Source: Bacteroidales bacterium
Lineage (GTDB): Bacteria > Bacteroidota > Bacteroidia > Bacteroidales > UBA12077
Reading direction: 5' to 3'
Length of the DNA: 64,000 bases
Assembly (NCBI GenBank): GCA_027859205.1
Contig: JAQIBH010000071.1
Location: 5,807-69,806, forward strand
The position numbers were made by a program, and so were the translations under genes. Below, piece by piece: positions 1-9,208 of the stretch. Positions within the stretch are counted from its first letter, which is position 1; every line of letters starts with the position of its first letter. The notes beneath the pieces were generated by a model. The model made no database searches and was not told where the DNA came from. It was given only the letters and a program-made list of their open reading frames with translations.

Positions 1-292
1 TTTTCAAAATTAATTAAAACTTACTATTTAGTTGGTAAATAATGATTTTTCAGATACTTACTAGCGAAAATACTGTTAATTTGTAATTTGTGCTACTAAA
101 AGAAGTTTAAATTAAATATATATATAAGATTTATTTATTAGCTAGTAAAGTCCCGGAAACAATAGCATGCAAACTAACGAAGATATAAAATCTAAATGTA
201 ATTTAGAACAATTATAATTATTTAAGGTATTGCAGTAGTTTAGTTAGTTTGGTTTCAACATATATCATAAATTGTATTATAAAAGAAAGAAC

Positions 293-300
293 TACCTTTG
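293..300 (+). promoter_or_regulatory. Putative Bacteroidota-type -7 promoter box (TAccTTTG)
   Basis: Exact TAnnTTTG match about 108 nt upstream of ATG 409, which implies a long leader. Confidence 0.35.
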
Positions 301-408
301 CCCAAATTTAAAAATCAATAATTTACTACGCAAGAACATAAGTCCGAGAATATCGTTTGTAAACTTGACAAAGAAAAAAGTATTTAACATTTCAATTTAA
401 AATCAAAT

Positions 409-1668
409 ATGCAATTTCAATCATTAAATATTATTGAACCTATTTTAAAAGCAATAGATGAAGAAGGTTATACAATTCCAACACCTATACAGGAGGAATC
501 TATTCCTATTATTTTGAGAGGTAACGACCTACTTGGCTGTGCACAAACCGGAACAGGAAAAACGGCTGCATTTGCAATTCCAATATTGCAATTATTAAGT
601 AGAGATAGAACATATGTTAAGAAAAGAAAAATAAGAAGTTTAATTGTTACCCCAACACGAGAATTAGCTATTCAAATAGGTGAAAGTTTTAAAGCTTACG
701 GAAGACATACTGGAATAAACTGTACGGTAATTTTTGGTGGTGTAAATCAAAATAAACAAACATCTTCATTGCAAGGCGGAGTTGATGTTGTGGTTGCAAC
801 CCCGGGTCGTTTATTAGATCTAATGAATCAAGGATTTATAAGTTTGCGGGATATAGAAATATTTGTATTAGATGAGGCCGATCGAATGTTAGACATGGGT
901 TTTATTCGTGATGTAAAAAAAATGCTGGCTGTTTTACCGAAAAAGAGACAGTCGCTTTTCTTTTCTGCAACCATGCCGCCGGAGATTATTAAACTCGCAA
1001 GTACTATATTATATCATCCTAATGAAGTATCGGTAACGCCAGTGTCTTCAACTGTTGATATAATTAAGCAATCTGTTTATTTTACTGATAAAGGGAAAAA
1101 AAATGCTTTGCTGGTTGATATTTTAAAAGATAAGAGTATTAAAACGGCTTTGGTGTTCACGCGCACTAAGTATGGTGCCGATAAGGTTGCCAGAGTTATT
1201 TCGAAGCAAAATATTAAAGCTGAGGCAATACATGGCGACAAATCACAAAATGCAAGACAACGTGCATTAAATAATTTTAAAGCACAAACAATTCGTGTGC
1301 TTGTTGCAACTGATATTGCAGCACGAGGCATTGATGTAGATGATCTAGGATGTGTTATAAATTATGAAATACCGAATATTCCCGAAACATATGTTCATCG
1401 TATTGGAAGAACAGGAAGAGCGGGAGCAGAAGGAACTGCAATTTCGTTTTGTGATGCAACCGAGAAAGCATATTTGAAAGATATAGAGAAATTGATTTCT
1501 AAATCTATTCCTGTAATTGATGATCATCCTTTTCCTTTGATGGATCATAATCCGGAGCCAAAACCAAAGCAACAACAAGGAAGAGGGAAGCAAGGTCATG
1601 CAAGACCAAAGCCATCCGGGAATAATAAACAGAAAAAGTGGTATGGAAAACCTAAAACTACACGGTAG
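409..1668 (+). CDS. rhlE: DEAD-box ATP-dependent RNA helicase (RhlE-like)
   Basis: 419 aa. Q motif PTPIQ, motif I AQTGTGKT, motif II VLDEADRMLD, SAT, HRIGRTGRAG. Basic K/R/Q-rich C-terminal tail. Confidence 0.9.
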   Translation: MQFQSLNIIEPILKAIDEEGYTIPTPIQEESIPIILRGNDLLGCAQTGTGKTAAFAIPILQLLSRDRTYVKKRKIRSLIVTPTRELAIQIGESFKAYGRHTGINCTVIFGGVNQNKQTSSLQGGVDVVVATPGRLLDLMNQGFISLRDIEIFVLDEADRMLDMGFIRDVKKMLAVLPKKRQSLFFSATMPPEIIKLASTILYHPNEVSVTPVSSTVDIIKQSVYFTDKGKKNALLVDILKDKSIKTALVFTRTKYGADKVARVISKQNIKAEAIHGDKSQNARQRALNNFKAQTIRVLVATDIAARGIDVDDLGCVINYEIPNIPETYVHRIGRTGRAGAEGTAISFCDATEKAYLKDIEKLISKSIPVIDDHPFPLMDHNPEPKPKQQQGRGKQGHARPKPSGNNKQKKWYGKPKTTR

Positions 1669-1687
1669 TTTTATTTAACTTGTATTT

Positions 1688-3562
1688 ATGAAAGATATCT
1701 TTCTAATTACTCCGCCTTTTACACAATTAAATACCCCTTATCCGGCAAGCGTTTATTTAAAAGGTTTTCTGAATACAAAAAATATTAGCTCTTTTCAAAT
1801 GGATTTGGGAATTGAAGTTATTTTGGAACTTTTTTCAAAGATAGGACTTCAGAATTTATTCGATTTTGCTTTCCAAAACAACAAGATAATATCAGAAAAT
1901 TCTCAAAGAATATTTGCTTTAAAAGACAATTATGTCCAAACGATCGATGTGGTAATAGTTTTCTTACAAGGAAAGAATAAAACATTGGCTCAGAAAATTT
2001 GTACTGATACTTTTCTTCCACGAGCATCACGATTTGCACAGCTTGATGATATGAATTGGGCTCTTGAAACAATTAGTTTTCAAGATCAGGCAAAACATAT
2101 TGCTACTTTATATCTTGAAGATTTATCGGATTTTATTGTAGAATGTATCGACGAAGATTTTGGTTTTAGCCGTTATGCTGAAAGATTAGGGCGTAGTGCC
2201 AATACTTTTGATCAATTATACGCTCGTCTGCAAAATAAACGAACTTATATTGATCTGGTAAGCTTAAAAATTTTAGATGATAAAATAAAAGGGATTCAAC
2301 CTAAAATGGTTGGTATTTCTGTGCCTTTTCCTGGTAATTTATACAGCGCTTTTAGATGTGCCCAGTGGATTAAGGAAACCTATCCCGAAATAAAAGTTGT
2401 TATGGGCGGGGGTTTCCCAACAACGGAATTGAGATCAGTTTCTGATCCCAGAGTCTTTGATTATTTCGATTATATTGTACTTGACGATGGGGAATTGCCA
2501 ATAGAATTGTTGCTATTGAATGTTTTAGATAAAAGCCAAGATTCATTAAAAAGAACTTTTTTACGCAAAAACGGAGAGGTCGTTTATAATAATTCTTCCT
2601 TAAGAAATGACTATAAACAGGTTGAATTAGGCTGCCCTGATTATTCTGATTTATTGCTTGATAAGTATATTTCGGTTATAGAAATTGTTAACCCTATGCA
2701 TAGTCTTTGGAGCGATGGTCGATGGAATAAACTCACTTTGGCACATGGTTGTTATTGGGCTAAGTGTACTTTTTGTGATGTTTCTCTAGATTATATTAAA
2801 GTTTATGAACTAGTTGCCGTAAAACAATTAGTTGACAGAATAGAACAATTAATTGAGCAAACAGGTGAACATGGATTTCATATTGTTGATGAAGCTGCAC
2901 CACCTGTACTAATGAAAGCTCTTGCTGTTGAAATCATTAAAAGGAAATTAGAAATTACATGGTGGACCAATATTCGATTTGAAAAAAACTTTACAAAGGA
3001 TCTTTGTTATTTATTAAAAGAATCTGGTTGTATTGCAGTTTCTGGTGGATTAGAGGTTGCTTCTGATCGATTGTTGACATTAATAAATAAAGGAGTTACC
3101 GTAGAACAAGTTGCCAAAGTGACCAATACCCTCACTGAATCCGGTATAATGGTGCATGCTTATTTAATGTATGGATTTCCAACTCAAACGGTGCAAGAAA
3201 CAGTTGACAGCCTCGAAATGGTTCGTCAAATGTTCGAGCTCGGTATTTTGCAATCTGGATTTTGGCATCAATTTGCTCTTACTGCTCATAGTCCAGTTGG
3301 CTTAGATCCCGGGAAATATGGTATTATACCAGAATTAAAGGACATTTCATTTGCTAATAACGATATTCAATTTAAAGATAAAACAGGAATTGATCATGAT
3401 AAATTCAGTTATGGATTAAAGAAATCATTATACAATTTTATGCACGGTGTAGGCTTTGAAATTCCAGTTCATAAATGGTTTGACAAGAAGGAATTAGGCT
3501 TTAAAATTCCTAAAACAAAGATTCTAAAATATTTTATTGAAAGATGTATTGATGATGAGTGA
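1688..3562 (+). CDS. Radical SAM protein with N-terminal B12-binding-type domain, substrate unknown
   Basis: 624 aa. N-terminus resembles class-B rSAM Rossmann domain (FLITPPF..., GISVPFPG, VVMGGGFPT). Cys triad HGCYWAKCTFCD, VSGGLEVAS, HAYLMYGFPTQT. Starts 19 nt after the helicase stop. Confidence 0.75.
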   Translation: MKDIFLITPPFTQLNTPYPASVYLKGFLNTKNISSFQMDLGIEVILELFSKIGLQNLFDFAFQNNKIISENSQRIFALKDNYVQTIDVVIVFLQGKNKTLAQKICTDTFLPRASRFAQLDDMNWALETISFQDQAKHIATLYLEDLSDFIVECIDEDFGFSRYAERLGRSANTFDQLYARLQNKRTYIDLVSLKILDDKIKGIQPKMVGISVPFPGNLYSAFRCAQWIKETYPEIKVVMGGGFPTTELRSVSDPRVFDYFDYIVLDDGELPIELLLLNVLDKSQDSLKRTFLRKNGEVVYNNSSLRNDYKQVELGCPDYSDLLLDKYISVIEIVNPMHSLWSDGRWNKLTLAHGCYWAKCTFCDVSLDYIKVYELVAVKQLVDRIEQLIEQTGEHGFHIVDEAAPPVLMKALAVEIIKRKLEITWWTNIRFEKNFTKDLCYLLKESGCIAVSGGLEVASDRLLTLINKGVTVEQVAKVTNTLTESGIMVHAYLMYGFPTQTVQETVDSLEMVRQMFELGILQSGFWHQFALTAHSPVGLDPGKYGIIPELKDISFANNDIQFKDKTGIDHDKFSYGLKKSLYNFMHGVGFEIPVHKWFDKKELGFKIPKTKILKYFIERCIDDE

Positions 3563-3642
3563 AGTTTTATGTAAATTCCAACCTTTGTATTCCTTGTGAT
3601 AAGAAGTTTCAATTTACTGCTTAGCATATTCAATAGAAATAT

Positions 3643-3650
3643 TACATTTG
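3643..3650 (+). promoter_or_regulatory. Putative -7 promoter box (TAcaTTTG)
   Basis: Exact TAnnTTTG match 16 nt upstream of ATG 3667. Confidence 0.45.
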
Positions 3651-3666
3651 CAAAAAATATATTACA

Positions 3667-5019
3667 ATGAGTACTTTCGAAGATTTCAATCTCCCAAAAC
3701 AATTAAATAATGCAGTTAATGAACTGGGATTTGATAAGCCAACACCAATTCAGGAAAAAGCGTATTCGGTAATTCTTTCAGGTAAAGATATGGTAGGAAT
3801 AGCACAAACAGGTACAGGAAAAACACTTGCATATTTAATACCTATTTTGCGTGATTTAAAGTTTGCAGATCAAATCAATCCTAGAATTTTAATATTGGTT
3901 CCTACTCGAGAACTAGTTTTACAAATGGTTGAGAATATCGAAAGTCTTACCAAATACATGAATATTCGTGCTCTTGGAGTGTATGGAGGCACAAATATAA
4001 ATACCCAAAAGAAAGCCGTAGCACAAGGAACCGATATTTTGGTTGCAACACCAGGTCGATTATATGATTTGGCGGTTACAGGTGTCTTGCAATTAAAGGG
4101 TATAAAAAAATTAGTGATCGATGAGGTTGACGTAATGTTGGATCTTGGATTTCGGCCTCAAATAACAAATATTTTTGATTTGTTAAAAGAACGCAGGCAA
4201 AACATTATGTTTTCTGCAACAATGACAGAAGAAGTTGATGTACTTATTGATGATTTCTTTACTATTCCTGCAAAAATTTCAATTGCTGTGAGTGGAACTC
4301 CTTTGGAAAATATTGAACAAAAATCGTATCAGGTTAAAAACTTTTATACGAAAATTAACTTGTTAAGTCATTTATTGACAGATAGAGATGAGTTTAGTAA
4401 AGTTTTAGTATTTATTTCAACTAAAAAAAATGCAGATAAGCTATTCGAAGATTTAGAAGAAGATTATGGACACGAAGCTTGCATTATACATTCAAATAAA
4501 TCACAGAATTATCGGATAAGATCAATAAATCAATTTGATAAGGGAACAAACCGAATATTAATTGCAACAGATGTTATGGCTCGTGGATTAGATTTGGAGA
4601 AAATTACTCATGTAATTAATTTCGATACACCTGGTTACCCGGAAAATTATATGCACCGAATAGGAAGAACAGGTAGAGCCGAACAAAAGGGAAAAACAAT
4701 CTTGTTTTTTACAGAAAAGGAAGCTGAGTCAAAATCTGCGATTGAAAGATTAATGTCCTTAGAAATTCCTGTATTAGAATTCCCAGAAGATGTTCAGAGA
4801 TCAAGTGAATTATTGCCCGAAGAACGTCCAGTAATCGGGGATGTTAAAAATTCTCATCGTAATGTAAAAGTGGAAGATCGAGGCCCTGCTTTTCACGAAA
4901 AAAAATTAGAAAATACAAAAACAAATCAAGGAGGATCTTACCTTAGAAAAGCCAAAAAATATAAAAAACCTCAAAAAAGAGGAGACAAGAGACAAAATTT
5001 AAAAAGTAAAAAAAGATAG
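3667..5019 (+). CDS. DEAD-box family RNA helicase (motif II variant DEVD)
   Basis: 450 aa. PTPIQ, AQTGTGKT, VIDEVDVMLD, SAT, HRIGRTGRAE. Lysine-rich C-terminal tail. Confidence 0.88.
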   Translation: MSTFEDFNLPKQLNNAVNELGFDKPTPIQEKAYSVILSGKDMVGIAQTGTGKTLAYLIPILRDLKFADQINPRILILVPTRELVLQMVENIESLTKYMNIRALGVYGGTNINTQKKAVAQGTDILVATPGRLYDLAVTGVLQLKGIKKLVIDEVDVMLDLGFRPQITNIFDLLKERRQNIMFSATMTEEVDVLIDDFFTIPAKISIAVSGTPLENIEQKSYQVKNFYTKINLLSHLLTDRDEFSKVLVFISTKKNADKLFEDLEEDYGHEACIIHSNKSQNYRIRSINQFDKGTNRILIATDVMARGLDLEKITHVINFDTPGYPENYMHRIGRTGRAEQKGKTILFFTEKEAESKSAIERLMSLEIPVLEFPEDVQRSSELLPEERPVIGDVKNSHRNVKVEDRGPAFHEKKLENTKTNQGGSYLRKAKKYKKPQKRGDKRQNLKSKKR

Positions 5020-5177
5020 GCTAAGTCCTTTAAATTCAAGGTGAATTAATTTGAATAAATATAGTTGATTGAGAAATTTACATCCTATATTTTAGGACTT
5101 TATTTAGAAGGGTTTTTCTTTATGAAACATTAGAATATTTTTAATATAATTCTTTTTTTAAAAATCCAATTGAATTT

Positions 5178-6473
5178 TTACTTAATAGCAGGAATGGAAA
5201 AAGAAAAAACACTTCCTTTTCCCAGTTCACTGTTAACCCATATTTCCCCTTCGCATTTCATAATAAAATCTTTACATAAAAGAAGTCCTAAACCAGATCC
5301 TGTTTCATTTGAAGTGCCAGATGTAGATTTGGTTTCATCTATTTTAAATAAATTTTTTAAATCATCTTCATCGATTCCAATGCCCGTATCTGAGATTTCG
5401 ACTACAATATTATTTTCCGAAGTAAAACAATTGGCCTGTATTTCTCCCCCAGGATATACAAATTTAATGGCATTAGATATTAAATTACGAATTACTACAT
5501 CAAGCATGTTTTTATCAGCAAAAACCGAACAGTTTTTCTGCATTGAATTAGATATGCTTATATCTTTATTTTTACCAATTTCTTGAAACAATTCTATATT
5601 CTTTTTCAATAATGTTTCTATTTCAAATTTTTCAGGCTTATATTCTATTACTCCTGATTGACTGCGTGTCCATTCAAGTAGGTTGTTTAGTAAATTATAT
5701 GTTTTTTCAGATGTAATCCGAATAGTTTTTATATATTCTCGTTTTTTATCATCTGATAATTCATTGATTTTGCTGTCTAATAAATTCGCAAATCCTACTA
5801 TTGTACTAAAAGGATTTTTAAGATCATGAGCAAGAATTGATAAAAATTTATCTTTTGTGATATTTATATTTTTAAGATCCTTGTTTTTAATCTCAAGTTC
5901 GGTTGTTTGTTTTTCAATTAGCACACTATTTGCTTCTAATTCTCTTATTGTCCTATTTAATAAGCCAACAAAATAATACATTGTAATTCCATAGGTTCCA
6001 ACAGCTACAAGAATTAATGTGATGCTGTTTTTTAAAAAAACATTTTTCGTAATTAACGTAATCCCTATAATTGACAAGAGGTATAAAAGGGAAATTATAA
6101 TAGCATGCTTTTTATGCAATGCAAGAGCTGCAAGAGATAAAAATAACATTACAAATAATGAGTCTCTCAAGAAAATATTAAGTCTTAATTCATCGAAATT
6201 ATTTAAATAAGTACCAACGATTATGTTCGCAATAATTGTATATATAATCAGTAAATAACTAATCTTAAGATTCTTCTTTTTATATACGTATAGTATAATG
6301 GCAAATAAAGAGATCGTAAGAGATATTAAATTGTTATAAAGTAAAATATTCGCATCTTTTGAAAAGATAAAAATTTCAAGCACATAACCCGTACAAGTAC
6401 TTATAGCAGAAATAAAAAAAAGAGTAACAATTCCTTTATGTAAATTATTTTTAATATTTGTAATTTTATCCAT
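5178..6473 (-). CDS. Membrane-bound sensor histidine kinase
   Basis: 431 aa. Hydrophobic multi-helix N-terminal half, coiled coil, H-box SILAHDLKNP, N-box ISNAIKF, G-boxes DTGIGI and GSGLGL. Confidence 0.85.
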   Translation of the reverse strand: MDKITNIKNNLHKGIVTLFFISAISTCTGYVLEIFIFSKDANILLYNNLISLTISLFAIILYVYKKKNLKISYLLIIYTIIANIIVGTYLNNFDELRLNIFLRDSLFVMLFLSLAALALHKKHAIIISLLYLLSIIGITLITKNVFLKNSITLILVAVGTYGITMYYFVGLLNRTIRELEANSVLIEKQTTELEIKNKDLKNINITKDKFLSILAHDLKNPFSTIVGFANLLDSKINELSDDKKREYIKTIRITSEKTYNLLNNLLEWTRSQSGVIEYKPEKFEIETLLKKNIELFQEIGKNKDISISNSMQKNCSVFADKNMLDVVIRNLISNAIKFVYPGGEIQANCFTSENNIVVEISDTGIGIDEDDLKNLFKIDETKSTSGTSNETGSGLGLLLCKDFIMKCEGEIWVNSELGKGSVFSFSIPAIK

Positions 6474-6532
6474 TCATATAGGATTACACTTCGAAATTTA
6501 ACGGTTTTTATTAAAAAACACACAACCTATAA

Positions 6533-6540
6533 CAAATATA
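6533..6540 (-). promoter_or_regulatory. Putative -7 promoter box (TATATTTG on minus strand)
   Basis: The plus strand reads CAAATATA. The box lies 59 nt upstream of the kinase ATG at 6473. Confidence 0.3.
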
Positions 6541-6554
6541 GTAAATTTCTCAAA

Positions 6555-7454
6555 TTAGATATTTAGTCTGCTGTTTTTTTTATTATAAGAGTTAAACGTT
6601 TTTTGCGTTAAATTGTTTTTTAAAATACTATGCAGAATAACACCTAGCAATATAAGTGAAGCACCTATCATCTCTTTTATATTTAGAATTTCATTTATTA
6701 TAAAATAGCTGAATATTATAGCAAAAACAGGTTCAAGAGAAAATATGATAACAACTTTGAGCGATGATACATATTTTTGAACCCATACTGTGATAAAATA
6801 GCAGAATAAAGTTCCAATTAAACCAAGATAAAGTAAAGATAAGCTGTTCTTTAAACTTAAATGAATATCAGAAGAATCAGTAATAAGCCAAGCTAACAGA
6901 CTAACGATGGATGCTGCAAAAAACTGATAAGTAATTAAAGCTAAAGTTTCTGTTTCTTTTACATATCGGCCAGCTAATATCACATGTATAGCATAGGTTA
7001 TAGCTGTAATAATGGTAATTATATCGCCTATATTAACATTAGTCTCAAAATCATAAGTAAGCAAAAATAATCCAACTAACACAATACTAACCGAGACTAA
7101 ATCAATTTTTAAAAGTTTGGTTTTATAAAAGAAAAACAGAATAATAGGTACAATTACAACAGCTGAACTGGTAATAAATGCACTATGTCCGGTGCTTGTA
7201 TATTTTAGGCCTATGGTTTGCGAAGCGTAGCTTAGTGCAAGCAAAACGCCCAAAACAGATCCATACCCTAATGCTTTTTTATTTATTAACTGTTTTTTGT
7301 CTTTTATAAATTGAAAAATGAACATAGCTATAAAAGCTTGTGCTGATCGTGTAAATACAATGAAATATTCGTTAACTGTGGCAACGGTATCTTTAACAAT
7401 AAAAAAAGTTGATCCCCATACAATTGTTACTAGTATTAACCAGAATGTCTTCAT
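6555..7454 (-). CDS. EamA/DMT-family transporter
   Basis: 299 aa, hydrophobic throughout with a two-halves DMT-like layout. Its start overlaps the stop of the upstream gene by 4 nt. Confidence 0.75.
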   Translation of the reverse strand: MKTFWLILVTIVWGSTFFIVKDTVATVNEYFIVFTRSAQAFIAMFIFQFIKDKKQLINKKALGYGSVLGVLLALSYASQTIGLKYTSTGHSAFITSSAVVIVPIILFFFYKTKLLKIDLVSVSIVLVGLFLLTYDFETNVNIGDIITIITAITYAIHVILAGRYVKETETLALITYQFFAASIVSLLAWLITDSSDIHLSLKNSLSLLYLGLIGTLFCYFITVWVQKYVSSLKVVIIFSLEPVFAIIFSYFIINEILNIKEMIGASLILLGVILHSILKNNLTQKTFNSYNKKNSRLNI

Positions 7455-8242
7455 GTATTATTTTTTAAAATAATTCCTGTTGCTAATCTTCCTGTTTTAA
7501 CTCCATCTCTGCGGGCAGAATAAAATAATTCCGGATTGGAATAAGTACAAATTTCTGCAATTTCAATTTGAGAATCGGGAATGCCCGTTTCAATCAGGAT
7601 TTGTTTATTTACTTCCCATAAATTTAATAATCCTTTATCTGAGCCTTCAATTTGCGTTACAAAATGATTTTTGCCAAATGAATTATCGAACATTTCAATA
7701 ACTTCAGATCCAACTTCATAAACCTCGGGTCCAATTGATGGTCCAATTCCAGCAATTATGCTTTTTGGATCAGTTCCATATTCTTTTACCATCAATTTAA
7801 CCGTTTTTCTTGAGATTTTTTGAATTGTACCTTTCCATCCCGAATGAATTGCAGCAATTACTTTTTTTACAGGATCAAATAATAAAATTGGAACGCAATC
7901 TGCAGTTCGAATAAAAATACAAATATTCGGAACATTAGTAATTAAAGCATCAGAATCGGGAAAAATATCGTGTTCAGATTTCACAATACCAATGTTAGCA
8001 CTATGCGTTTGCTTTGGTGAAACCATTTTCTTTTTTTCAAATCCAACCGACTCAGCTAAAAGTTCCATGTTATTAGTTACATTTTTAGGGTTGTCGTTTA
8101 CAGTATATCCTAAGTTTAAACTAAATAAATGACCAGAACTTACTCCTCCAATACGTGTTGATGAAAAATGAATTAGGTTTTCGAATTCCGAAAGATTATT
8201 AAACTTGAAGTATTGAATATTGTTTTTCGTTTGTGATATCAT
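7451..8242 (-). CDS. pgeF: YfiH/PgeF-family (DUF152) peptidoglycan editing factor / polyphenol oxidase-like protein
   Basis: 263 aa. Family motifs QTHSANI, RTADCVPILL, HSGWKGT. Confidence 0.85.
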   Translation of the reverse strand: MISQTKNNIQYFKFNNLSEFENLIHFSSTRIGGVSSGHLFSLNLGYTVNDNPKNVTNNMELLAESVGFEKKKMVSPKQTHSANIGIVKSEHDIFPDSDALITNVPNICIFIRTADCVPILLFDPVKKVIAAIHSGWKGTIQKISRKTVKLMVKEYGTDPKSIIAGIGPSIGPEVYEVGSEVIEMFDNSFGKNHFVTQIEGSDKGLLNLWEVNKQILIETGIPDSQIEIAEICTYSNPELFYSARRDGVKTGRLATGIILKNNT

Positions 8243-8304
8243 ATTACTAGCAAAAGAAATAAACTTTTTCTAGATTTATACAGGATTAATAAAAAATCTA
8301 TATT

Positions 8305-8967
8305 ATGCTTGACATTAAAATTTCCAATAAACTAAAATCAAAGTGGATTAATACAGCAATAGGTTCATTACAAGCTGATATTGTTGTTAAATCATCTGAA
8401 AAATTGTTAATAGAAAAGTTAGATGAAGCTTGCAATGATTTTTCGGAAAATCATAAAGTAGAAGATATTTCAAAGCTTCAAGTTATTTCCGATTCACGTA
8501 AAGCGTATAAAACAATTGGGAAAGATCCTGCTAGATATCGTTTATCCTCTGAAGCATTGCTTCGTCGAATTGTTAAAGAAAAAGGAATTTATAAAATCAA
8601 TAATATTGTAGATATAAACAATTTGCTCTCAATTACTTCTTATTATTCTATTTGTGCTTTTGATGTTACAAAGATAAATCCGCCTATTGAATTTACAATT
8701 GGTACTAAAGAGGATGAATATTATGGAATAGGTCGAGGATTATTAAATATTGAAAATTTGGCGGTTTTTGCAGATCAGTTGGGGAAATTTGGAAGTCCAA
8801 CAAGTGATTCTGAAAGAGTGAAAATTACAAACGAAACCACATCCATTTCAATGAATATTATTTCGTTTTCCGGTGTAAATGATCTTGAATTGCAATTAAA
8901 TAAACTTAAGGAATATCTAATTAATTTTGCCGAAGGAAAAAATATTGAGTTTCAAATTATAAAATAA
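8305..8967 (+). CDS. B3/B4 (Phe-tRNA synthetase beta-like) domain protein
   Basis: 220 aa. RKAYKTIGKDPARYRLSSEALLRR segment is typical of B3/B4-domain proteins. Assigned by eye only. Confidence 0.55.
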   Translation: MLDIKISNKLKSKWINTAIGSLQADIVVKSSEKLLIEKLDEACNDFSENHKVEDISKLQVISDSRKAYKTIGKDPARYRLSSEALLRRIVKEKGIYKINNIVDINNLLSITSYYSICAFDVTKINPPIEFTIGTKEDEYYGIGRGLLNIENLAVFADQLGKFGSPTSDSERVKITNETTSISMNIISFSGVNDLELQLNKLKEYLINFAEGKNIEFQIIK

Positions 8968-9002
8968 TGTTTGATTTTTAAGTTAAACCTTAATTATGGT
9001 TT

Positions 9003-9027
9003 GTCATTCCTGCGATTGCAGGAATCG
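9003..9027. repeat. Palindromic intergenic repeat, copy 1 (GTCATTCCTGCGATTGCAGGAATCG)
   Basis: 8-bp stem ATTCCTGC/GCAGGAAT with a 4-nt loop. A near-identical copy lies at 9133. Confidence 0.85.
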
Positions 9028-9132
9028 GAACTTGATCGTTTTATTGAAGTAATAAAAAAAGTATCTTCATTTATTATTCTTTTTAGATCCCTCAGTACAA
9101 ATTCCAAGAAATTGAATTTAATAGTGCAAAGT

Positions 9133-9157
9133 GTCATTCCTGCGAATGCAGGAATCT
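9133..9157. repeat. Palindromic intergenic repeat, copy 2 (GTCATTCCTGCGAATGCAGGAATCT)
   Basis: Same unit as 9003-9027, differing in the loop (GAAT vs GATT) and the last base. Confidence 0.85.
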
Positions 9158-9177
9158 ATGCACATTTTAGATTACGG

Positions 9178-9208
9178 GTCATCCCGATAGCTATCGGGAC
9201 GGAATGAC
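9178..9208. repeat. Related palindromic hairpin (GTCATCCCGATAGCTATCGGGACGGAATGAC)
   Basis: Perfect 18-nt palindrome TCCCGATAGCTATCGGGA, flanked by GTCA...TGAC. Its terminal GGAATGAC is the reverse complement of the GTCATTCC that starts the other two units. Confidence 0.75.

Noticed and set aside
1688-3562. Radical SAM protein as a viperin-like or other antiviral defence enzyme
   Set aside because: The size (624 aa) and the B12-domain-type N-terminus do not fit prokaryotic viperins. The flanking helicases are ordinary DEAD-box RNA helicases with all housekeeping motifs. No nuclease, kinase or other defence-associated partner is nearby.
5023-5100. Long-range pairing AAGTCCT...AGGACTT after the second helicase as a terminator or riboswitch-like element
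   Set aside because: The stem is only 7 bp, encloses about 64 nt, and has no T-tract. It cannot be distinguished from chance in AT-rich sequence.
5170-5586. 138-aa plus-strand ORF antisense to the histidine kinase
   Set aside because: It lies fully inside a well-supported minus-strand CDS, has a low-complexity peptide and an alternative start codon. It is typical shadow-ORF behaviour in AT-rich DNA. The same reasoning applies to the other short antisense ORFs in the track, such as 1077-1331, 19511-19840, 20267-20614, 24260-24607, 44334-44753 and 46538-46792.
8971-9207. 78-aa plus-strand ORF in the track
   Set aside because: It lies entirely within the palindromic repeat cluster. Its peptide (…SFLRLQES…, …VIPANAGIY…) is simply the repeats translated. 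It uses a TTG start, has no promoter box and has no coding-like composition.
9003-9208. Possible mini-CRISPR array
   Set aside because: Only two similar units plus one different hairpin are present. The units are strongly palindromic, the spacing of about 105 nt does not fit a CRISPR array, and there are no cas genes in the window.
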